Shown here: piece by piece, positions 53,808 through 64,000 of the stretch
Layout: each line of letters starts with the position of its first letter
Numbering within the stretch: position 1 is the first letter of the stretch
Assembly (NCBI RefSeq): GCF_006345805.1
Contig: NC_043018.1
Location: forward strand, 25,110,001-25,174,000
Length of the DNA: 64,000 nt
Reading direction: 5' to 3'
Source: Octopus sinensis
Taxonomy: Eukaryota
The notes under the pieces: generated by a model
Told to the model about the DNA's origin: nothing
What the model saw: the letters and a program-made list of their open reading frames with translations, nothing else
Database searches by the model: none
Translations under genes and position numbers: made by a program

Positions 53808-54127
53808 AGATCTTTTCGGTTTGAACGGCAGTTTTTTCTAGCGGTGTCATGTGAAATTGTCACCCGTAATTATGACCCTAGTATCGATCTATTGCATTTC
53901 AATATGTTTTAGGGTTAGGGGTGGGGGGAAGGGTATCTTTTTTTTTCTTCACAAATGTAAATAAACCCAATCTGTTTCTTAAACGAGGGGCATATTCATA
54001 CGGCACAGAATGTTTTCACCTCAATAGACGTCATTGATTGGTTGAAATTGCAAAAATTGAAGAAAAAAACAACAAATATCTTACAAACTATAGAATTTTC
54101 TCAATAAAGCCAAGAGAAAAAGATGTT
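53808..54127. mobile_element. Truncated inverted second copy of the 42971 MITE
   Basis: Reverse complement of about 43050-43383; the other end is lost at a SINE-A fragment. Confidence 0.85.
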
Positions 54128-56280
54128 TTTTGCTGAACCGTTAAGTTATGGAGACACAAGCACACGAACCACTAGCGTAGCTAGAGTTGGGGGAAGAGGG
54201 AGGAGGTCCGCCCCAGGCGGTACCCTTTTGAGTCTGTTGTAAGCAATACGTATTTTTTGTGGGGGCCCGAGGGTGGCACATACTCTTGCTATGCTGGTGA
54301 TGTGAGCACTGGTTATCATGTTGTAGGGGAGGGGGACAAACAGACACACACATAATATACGACAGGCTTCTTTCAGTTTCTGTTTACCAAATCCACTCAC
54401 AAGGCTTTGGTCAGCCTGAGGGTGTTGTCCTGCAATGAGACTGAACCCATAACCATGAGTTATTTATAATTCTAACCCAGAAACGCGTCCACAACTGACC
54501 GAAGACTTTGTTTTCGTTATTTTTCCTTCTTTTTGCATATGTGAGTTACAAGTAAATGCTATATGTGGCGCTATATTTTTAGTAAATAGGAATAAGCGGT
54601 CTTTGACTGCTATTTCTAAATTTTCGGTATGTGGCTAAGCAACTTGTTGCTTAAGCCTATTTATTTATGTATATGTATATAAGGAACTTTTTCTAAAAGT
54701 TCCTACCGATAATGATTCTATTTCCATACCGAAACTACTTGGTAATAATTATTAATTTTTAAAATAAATAATTATTTACCCTTATATTAATATATATATA
54801 TGTGTAAGTGTGTGTGTGTGTGTGTGCATGCATGTGTCTACACAGTTCTCAAACGTCTATATTTCTTCCATATGCTCACCTCATGTTTTGAAGAATTATA
54901 TCTGTTCAGCCAGCAAAGATCATTGGGGGTCACTACCAAAATCTCAAAGCCCCTCCCAAGCCACCAACACATGGGCTACAAGATGATCTTGTGTAGCTGT
55001 GAATGAACGAAAAAAGTCAAGCTCCACCTAGATATGAACAGCTGGAAGATTTTTAACACCTTGATCAGGGTCAGCTATCAAGGCCAACTGAAGCTGGGGA
55101 TGTGTGTCTGGGTGTGTGTGTGCATGTGTAGGAGGGGGTTAGGGTTTTATTTATTGCTTTTTGTATCAAAACCACTAATTCATGCTACTTGTTTACTCAT
55201 TTCATCTTCATCATCATCACCACCACCATCATCATCATCATTGTGATTATCATCTCCGCCATCCCCACACCCCCCCCTAACTCCTGTTTAGCTGACTATA
55301 TAAACCATGTGGACTCTCTATGAGATTTCGGCATTTTGAGATCTCTTGAAATATATTATACAAGATATATATTGTACATGTATGAAGCATGGAACATTAT
55401 ATATATATTCTTTTTATTTTATTTGTTTCTATCATTTGACTGTGGCCATGTTGGAGCACCGCCTTTAGTCGAACAAATTGACTCCAGAACTTATTCCTTG
55501 TAAGCCTAGTACTCTTGCCAAACTGCTAAGTCATGGAGACATAGACACACCAACATCGGTTGTCAAGTGATGGTGGAGAGACAAGCACAGGCACACAAGC
55601 TTATATATATATGTGTATATATAAATACACACACACACACATGCATATGGGCTTCTTTCAGTTTCTGTCTACCAAATCACTCACAAGGCTATAGTAGAAG
55701 ACACATACCCAAGGTGCCACACAGCAGGACTGAACCTGGAACCATGTGTTTGGGAAGAAAGCTTCTTACCACACAGCCACGTCTGTGCCTATGTGTATAA
55801 TCAGGAATCTTGATGAATGAGACAAAAGCGCTAATAAAGAGTGATCCAAGTACATCACTTCAAAAATCTATACATGTGTGTATATATATAAGTTAGGGGT
55901 TATGGATGTAAGTTATGAAGTAAGTTAGGGGTTATGGATGTAACCCACTAAGGGATATTATTTACCCAATATTCTGTTTGTAAAGTATCCAGATTCTTAA
56001 TACATAAATGTTTTTAATTGCAATGCAATTAACTCATTTATTGTATTAAATGGGTGAAGGTAAAGAGATATTTTTACCTTAAATTTATAATAAAAATAAG
56101 AAAATGGAGAAACAAATTTAGTTTGTTCATCAGCTTTCGGATATTAGAATGTTGGATTATTTATTCATTTAACAAAATTAGAACCTAAATAGCATACCTT
56201 TATATCTTATAATTCAATACATATAAGATAAGAATACAAATTATAAAAATCATAATATATATTATTGAAATCATTAAAAT

Positions 56281-56392
56281 CACTTCTTACAGCTGTTTCA
56301 GCCTATGGTTAAAAGTTTTTATTTTTATTTTTATAGGCATTTAAAAATAGGGTACTTATATACATATAACCATAGGCCTCGTCAGAGGTTAT
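56281..56392 (-). ncRNA. Type I hammerhead ribozyme with long stem II and palindromic stem III
   Basis: Minus strand: CTGACGA (rc 56379-85); 12-bp stem II GGCCTATGGTTA/TAACCATAGGCT with a 55-nt loop; GAA; ACAGCTGT (56289-96); cleavage A (56288). Stem I is imperfect (ATAACCT vs AGAAGTG). Confidence 0.7.
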
Positions 56393-56863
56393 AAGGAACT
56401 TTAAAATATTAATATTAATACATTAAACATGGTACACAGAGAGAGAGAGAGAGGGAGAGGGGGGAGCTGCCTGATTAGATTGGAGCCTGGCGCATCCCCC
56501 TGGCTTGCCAGTCCTCAGTCAAACCATCCAACCCATGACAGCATGGAAAGCAGACGTTAAACGATGATGATGATATAATATATATATATATATGTGTTAT
56601 ATACACACACCTATATTCTATTACACATAGCAGTCAATATGGCAGAGCTTTAATGTACACAGATACAAGACACACCCCAATTTTATGAGGATGTTTATTT
56701 TTTTTATATATTTTTTTAAAAAATCAAATTGGAATACGATTTATTTTTAATATCTTTTACAAGTATATAACCAGGATATGTGTATATGTCAGTCAGCCAG
56801 CTTCTCTTTCTCCCCCTCTCTCTCTTTCTGGCTCTGTATCTCTGTAGAAGATATTGGCTTTTA

Positions 56864-57084
56864 CCCTTTTGTTACAGTATTTATTTTGAGATGTTCTGTG
56901 TTTCTTTCAATTATTTTAAATATAACAAAGAATTTAGTAACATAACTTATTTATCTTTGAGCTAGTGTTAGGAATATATATTGTGACTAAGGCTTGGGGG
57001 AATATTTTAATTTTAAACTTAAGAAAACAAAACATTTGTACTACAGAGCCAGAGGCGGTTTTGGCCAGGTTGGTAACAAAACGG
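56864..57084. mobile_element. Diverged copy of the 27716 piggyBac-like MITE
   Basis: Same length (221 bp) and shared internal sequence (TTCAATTATTTTAAATATAACAAAGAATTTAGTAAA; TTTGTACTACAGAGCCAGAG). Confidence 0.8.
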
Positions 57085-57554
57085 TTAAAACAATTTTTTT
57101 TGTTGGTTTCTTGAAAGGATTGACTTTTATTTTTCGCCCTTTGAATGCAGGATTCTTGGTGGTGTCCTTTTGTTACCATATTTCTGTCCACATATGCTAC
57201 GTTTGTTTCATTTAATTAAAACGGACGCTAAACAATGATGATGATGATGATGATGAATTGTTAAAATAATGAAGAATTTAGTAAAATAACTTTCTCGTTA
57301 TTAAGATGTGCTTCAAGAGGGAACAGTTGAGATTTACCTCAACTACCTACATAAGATACACACGCACACATACACATGCGGGAATGAGTGAGTGGACAAA
57401 GAAAAGAAAGAGGTACTGAGGACATTCAGTTGGAGTTACATACATTTCTTAATTACACTTATCCCTCGACTATCATAGGTGTTATGTTCCAAAACCCTCC
57501 ACAATAGGTGAAAATCCATGAAGTAGAAACAGTACTGTACTCTCCTTTTTTTTT

Positions 57555-57848
57555 TTACTTGTTTCAGTCATTTGACTGCGGCCATGCTGGAGCACCGCCT
57601 TTAGTCGAGCAACTCGACCCCGGGACTTATTCTTTGTAAGCCCAGTACTTATTCTATCAGTCTCTTTTGCCGAACCGCTAAGTGACGGGGACATAAACAC
57701 ACCAGCTTCGGTTGTCAAGCAATGCTGGGGGGACAAACACAAACACACACACGCATATATATATATGACGGGCTTCTTTCAGTTTCCGTCTACCAAATCC
57801 ACTCACAAGGCTTTGGTCGGCCGGAGGCTATAGTAGAAGACACTTGCT
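57555..57848 (-). mobile_element. SINE family A, young 5'-truncated copy
   Basis: CpG-intact family A sequence that stops at GACACTTGC. Confidence 0.85.
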
Positions 57849-58011
57849 TAAATAATAAACCACAATATGGCGAGGGATTACTGTAATTTTAAACTTTTTT
57901 AGCCTTATTGGATGAACACATCAGACACACACATACACCGTCCAGCTCTGGCATTTAATATGCGTTGTAACTTCATCTGACCATCGTCCTTCTCTGTTTG
58001 TGTGTTTTCAG

Positions 58012-58156
58012 CTCCAGAGTTTCAGCGGAGACCAAACCGAGTCGAGGTGGAATATGTCGGGCAGCGAATTCGTCTTCAGTGCCGAGTTAAGGGCAAACCA
58101 AGGCCGATGCTGTCGTGGTACCGTAATGGAAAAAGAGTTAATGTTAGTCAACCCAG
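58012..58156 (+). CDS. Coding exon: N-terminal half of an Ig I-set domain (FGFR/FGFRL1 D1-like receptor)
   Basis: Acceptor gtgtgttttcAG (58010-58011) and donor GTatgg (58157), phase 1 to phase 2. Translates PEFQRRPNRVEVEYVGQRIRLQCRVKGKPRPMLSWYRNGKRVNVSQP(R), with the B-strand Cys (RLQC), G-x-P-x-P and C-strand Trp (WYRNG). Confidence 0.92.
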
Positions 58157-59129
58157 GTATGGTTTAGTTTTGTTCTACACACACACTTAGGTTTTGGTGT
58201 GTTTGTATTTATTTGATATTGTTTTCATTCTTTGTTGTGTGTGTGTGTATAAGTATGCTTATATCCATTAAACAATGATGATATATATACATACATGTGT
58301 TTAGATACACTGCCAGTTATATTTCTATGTGTAATGTATCCAAACATACTATGAACATGTGTGTGTGTGTGTATGTATATGTGTATATATTTATGTGTGT
58401 GTGTTAAAGAAGAATTTTCAGCTCCAGATCATAAGATCCATCCACATTAAGCAGTTCTATAGCCAAAGGCCTTTAAGGTTCAATTAAATAAAAGCCCCCG
58501 TAATATATTGGGAGCTCAAATATAATCAACTGTATTTTTCGCAACTAAATATGCAGCCTTATCATCATCATCAACATCCTACAAGCAGGATGTTCCAAAA
58601 AAAAAGACCTTACCAAAGGGTTGGCACTTTACAGTATGATGTAATATCTCAAAACCCTTTCAACCCATGCCAGCATAGGCAAGAGGGATATGAACATAAA
58701 GATGACAAAGGTAGTGGTGGTGGAAGCGGTAGTGATGGCAACAAAAGGAATGCTATTTTTGCCATTTTTGTGATGTTGCGTATCCTATTTGCCGGCATAT
58801 AAAAAGTCGATTCCCTGAAATATGTATCAAGGACTTATCCAAATGTCATGTGTGCGTGCGCACATATCACCACTCACTTCAAAACCCATTGGAAGTCACT
58901 CTTACTAAATATAAACCGAGACAAGTTTAAACTGTGCCAGCCCCCCCCCATACCTTCACACCTCTGCAAAATATTCTTGAGTATTGAAGGTGTGTCATTT
59001 GTAGGGGATGTGTATTGCACACTTCAAATAAGGTATGTATGCATTTGTGTATGTATGTATATATATATATATATGTTTGTGTGTGTGTATATATTTCTGT
59101 ATATGTATGTTTGTGTGTGTGTATATGTG

Positions 59130-59160
<31 letters not shown>

Positions 59161-59383
59161 GTGCACACACATTTATGTATGTGTACATAGTATATGTGTA
59201 TATATTTCTGTATGGTGTGTGTATACACATATATATTAAAGTTGGCATATCCTCGAGGGTGGGAGGGGCAAAAACAAAACAAAATAATTTTCTTTCTTTG
59301 TTTTTTCTCTTGCATTTCTTTCATCTCTTCTTTCTTTCTCTCTGGTGTTGATGATGATGATGATGATGTTGATAATCTTCCAG

Positions 59384-59508
59384 GTTGAGTATCTTGCGGT
59401 ATGCTCTAGTCATCGAGGACAGTACCAAGGCTGACAGTGGCAACTATGCCTGCTACGCCCACAACCAACACGGCAAAATATGGGGCAATTTCACCTTGCT
59501 CGTCAGAG
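59384..59508 (+). CDS. Coding exon: C-terminal half of the same Ig I-set domain
   Basis: Acceptor cttccAG (59382-59383) and donor GTaagt (59509). Phase 2 start matches the previous exon (AG+G = Arg). Translates LSILRYALVIEDSTKADSGNYACYAHNQHGKIWGNFTLLVR, with the D-x-G-x-Y-x-C motif and the N-x-x-G turn. Confidence 0.93.
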
Positions 59509-59671
59509 GTAAGTTAGCTGACCTACTCCACCCCAACCCTCCATCCAACACCACACCACCGTGGGGGTGGAGGGTGCGGGAGGGGTGAGGGAAATGTTTG
59601 TTTTCTGTGTCTGTTTCTACCATTACATCTATACACTAAGATGTTCTCTAAACACTTGCTTCCTCTTTCTC

Positions 59672-59714
<43 letters not shown>

Positions 59715-59867
59715 CTCTTTCTCATTTATATTGCTCAGTTCCCCCTCATTACCTCTCATATTTTAGTTATTGTTGATGTTGTAGTTGTGGCAGTTATTGT
59801 TATATCTTATGATGTAGTAGACACATCTGTGGTGTGTGTTTGCAGCTGTCAAACTGTGTGTGTGTGT

Positions 59868-59901
<34 letters not shown>

Positions 59902-60374
59902 CATTATCATGGTGGACACAATGCTCATCAGCATTTTATCTATCTTTACGTTCTGAGTTAAAATTCTGCCAAGGTCAGTTTTGCCTTTCATCCTTTTGGG
60001 GGTCAGTAAATTAAGTACCAGTGAAACACTAGAGTCGATGTATTTGGCTAGTGCCCCCCCCCCCCACACACACACACACAAAAAGGTTTTTCGAGGCCTT
60101 CTGCCTTCCGTAGAAAGTATTATCATTATTATTATTATTATCATCATGCTGTACGAAATGTTTAGCAATATTTCACCTGTCGTTACGTTCTGGGTTCGAT
60201 TTCTGCTGAAATCAACTTTCCTTTTCATCCTTTTAGGTCTTGATGGGAGCTCAATAAATTAAGCACCAGTGAAACGCTGGGGTTGATATAATCAACTAGT
60301 CCCCTCCCATAAAATTTCAGACTTTGTGTCTTTAGTAGAAAGGATTACTATTAATATTGTTAATAATAATAATA

Positions 60375-60412
<38 letters not shown>

Positions 60413-60991
60413 GAGTATGGAGACTTATTCATCCACAATTTATTTTATAATTTTATACAGCATATTATAATGGCTTACATGTGTTTCCACTGCACTGATT
60501 ACTCGCAGTTGCAGATGCAACCTTACATTATTGTTGGTGTAAATTCATCAGGGTCCATCCATTTAGTCATCCTCAAAGTGAACTGAAGTAAATTTTAGTT
60601 AGTCAGGAGGTGGGTGTGAGGGGAAGGGTGTTATAGGCATGTGCTGTTGACTTCAAATTCACACCACTCGCATGGCCTAGTGGTTTGAGGTGTTGTACTA
60701 TATGATGATAAAGGAATGGTATAAAAATGAGGATTCAGAGAATTATGTAGCTATCACAGTTAGCTCCTCTTATGGATTTGGCTATCAGTCTACTGTAGTG
60801 ATTATGAAACAGCCATAATCATATGGATGCCTCTTATATGTATATAATATAATTTTTATGAATCTTCAGACTTTTCTATATGCTACACCACTGGTTTTAA
60901 ATTGATATTAATCAAATTAATATTCAATTTTTCACCCTTATTATTTTAAATTTTATATGTATATATAAATTTTATTTGATTTATATTTCAG

Positions 60992-61048
60992 AAAAAGAAA
61001 ATGCAACATCAGATGCAATATCAGATGCAGAATATGTAAAGCAAAGAG
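60992..61048 (+). CDS. 57-nt symmetric (phase 1-1) linker exon after the Ig domain
   Basis: Acceptor ttatatttcAG (60990-60991) and donor GTaagc (61049). The frame stays open when joined to 59508, giving EKENATSDAISDAEYVKQR. Confidence 0.7.
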
Positions 61049-61838
61049 GTAAGCTTGGTTTTTCATTCTTCTTCTTCTTGTTGTCAAGGTAGCAAGCCAT
61101 CAGAATCGTTAGCACGCCAGGCAAAATGCTTAGCAGTATTTCACCTGTGGCTACAGCTACATTCTGAGTTCAAATTCTGCCGAGGTCGACTTTACTTTTC
61201 ACCCTTTGTGCATATAGTAAAAAGGGTTGTTGTTGTTCATATCATCCCTTGCTATGTTCTGAGTTCAAATTCTGCCAAGGTCGATTTTGCCTTTCATCCT
61301 TTTGGGGTCAATATATTTAGTACCGGTGAAATACTGGGGTTGATGTAATCAATTCCCTCAAATTTTCAGTCCTTGTACCTTTAGCAGAAAGGATTATTTT
61401 ATTACTATTATTATTATGAAGAGGAAAAATGTAGGGATACTAATTTTTACGTGTATGTGTTCATGATTGTGTCTTGGTCTTATAAAAAATGGTGTCTAAA
61501 AGATGGTTTTGTTGATCTGCTGCTAAGACATGTTTGCCTGGTGTAGTTATTGCGATGGACTCTGGTAAATATTACTTAATTTTCTAAACAAATGGGGAAT
61601 GGCAATGGAAAGAGCTTCTGGTTGTAGGAAAATTGCTTCAATAAGTTTCATCAGACACACACTAGCAAAGGGAGGTGGACATGAAAGTGAAGTGATTTAT
61701 ACATGCACACACACACACACATATCAGACTGGATTCTGGTGCAGCCTTCCAGCATGCCAACCCAAACTGTCCAACCCTTGTCTGCATGGACAACAGACAT
61801 TAAATGATGATGATACACACACACACACACATACATAT

Positions 61839-61885
<47 letters not shown>

Positions 61886-62626
61886 AATGAGATAGGGGTT
61901 GAAAATTCAACCCACCATGGGATAATATATATCCAATATACTGCCAGATAGGTACCCAACAAGATTAATACATAGATGTTAAAAATTGTCAAACAATCAG
62001 GTGTATTAAAGTATTGATTGGGTATCATCGGATAGTTGATGTTTTATTGATTTAAGTATGTTTCTCCATTCTCTAATTTTGTAGTATATATATATACCAA
62101 ATTAATAAATAAAACATATCCAACCCATGCTAGCATGGAAAACGGACACTAAACGATGATGATGATGTACATACCTACATCTACCTGTATATATACATGC
62201 ATATATGGGTACAGGACACAAAAAAAACGTCCAACACAATGAGAAACGAAAACATAAACACAAAACCAAGGAACTGGACATTTTTCTTAAACAACGAAAA
62301 AATAGAGTACAGGACAAATAACACAAGGAAAATTCCCCTTCTTCAGTTGCCATTGTTTCATCTACTCCGCGTTTCGAAGGTGATATATACAGATAGATGG
62401 ACAGACAGATGCACACAGAAAAACACACACACACACATATATATGACTTTGATAAGTTTCGGCCAGTATAGGCTAAGGCCATGTCTAACTTAATAGCACC
62501 ACCTGGTGAAGTCTTTCAGTCATATATGGGGCACCATATATATATTATATATATACATCTATATAATATATATATATATATAGATATATATATATATATA
62601 TATATCATGTATATTATATATATATT

Positions 62627-62690
<64 letters not shown>

Positions 62691-62793
62691 CATGTATATT
62701 ATATATATATATAGATAGATATAGATATATTTATATATATATATATCATGTATATTATATATATATATATATTATATATATACATACATACAT

Positions 62794-62826
<33 letters not shown>

Positions 62827-64000
62827 TATAATATATATATATGTTTGCCTGTATTTATTGGTATTTGCGTATACACACACACACACTATCTCTCCCCCAT
62901 CCCTCTAGGCTGGCAATATTCCTTGATTCAGCATCTTGCTAATGGTCTGAAACCAAGGGAGGGAGATAGTGTCTACGTGTGTGTGTGTGTGTGTACATAT
63001 GTATGTGTATGGTTTGGTAGTGAGATAATTGTAGCTTCAGCTGTTAAAGAATTCCTTCCTGTTTTTCTTTTTGTTCAGTTTTTTTTCTTTCTCTTTCTTC
63101 TCCTCTGCTCCCCCCCTCCACCACCACCACCTTGCTATTTTATAGCTTATTGCTTATGTCAATAGAATTAAAGATATACTTTTACCTCCATCTGTTGTTG
63201 TTGTAGTTCAGAGACATACATATACACTCATGCCTATACATACATGTATTTACGTGTGCACAATTCACATGCGCACTATACATATACATAGATCACGTGT
63301 ATACACATACATATATGTATGTATGTATGTATGTGTATATAAATATGTATGTATATATATATGTGTATATTTGTGTATATGTATTATGCATATATGTAAA
63401 TGTGTGTGTATATATGTATATATATATATATATGTATGTATATATGTATGTATATATATATGTGTATATTTGTGTATATGTATTATGCATATATGTAAAT
63501 GTGTGTGTATATGTGTATATTTATATATATGTATATATATATTTATATATATGTATATATGTGTGTGTGTGTATGCATATATATGTGTGTGTGTGTGTGT
63601 ATGCATATATGTGTGTGTGTGTGTGTATGCATATATATGTGTGTGTGTGTATATACACACTCACACCATGAACACTTGTACCAAACTTTCTCTCTTTCTT
63701 AGCCTCTTCTTAAAGAGCATTGAGTGAGGATTTTGCTCTGACTCTATACATGTTTTTATCTTTACATCTCTTACACACACACACACAGATGTTTTGCAAT
63801 CTAACTTCTTTCTCAGTCTCTCCTAAAATTAATGTTTTTCTGCAGTTTTAGTGGTCGTTAAGTTAAGGAAATCCCATGAAAATGATGGTGGGGACAGTGG
63901 CACCTGGAATAAAATTGTGAAAGGGGAATGTGTTTTTTTGGGTGTGGGGCGTGCTGGTCTTTGTCCTTCTACATCCATTTTACCATGCTTGTATGGGTCG

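Noticed and set aside
54455-54495. GAAACGCGTC hammerhead-like stem III
   Set aside because: The upstream core is truncated by a SINE fragment and stem I cannot be identified. It may be a remnant but is not callable.

Overview
AT-rich eukaryotic DNA packed with microsatellites and short interspersed repeats. The repeat landscape looks like a coleoid cephalopod, probably Octopus (inference from recognition; no search was run). Almost all ORF-track entries are microsatellite or SINE artefacts. The only well-supported gene is on the + strand near the right end. Three phase-compatible exons (58012-58156, 59384-59508, 60992-61048) encode one Ig I-set domain plus a linker, resembling FGFR/FGFRL1 domain D1. 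The rest comprises three tRNA-headed SINE families, RTE-like 3' tails, hAT-, piggyBac-like and unclassified MITEs, R4/Dong-like LINE remnants and tandem repeats. The main finding is a set of type I hammerhead-ribozyme cassettes from several unrelated sequence families. Most have self-complementary stem III, and four occur as back-to-back inverted pairs. The pair centred on 17417 has both ribozymes intact. This resembles Penelope-like element pseudo-LTRs, but no Penelope ORF is visible in the window.
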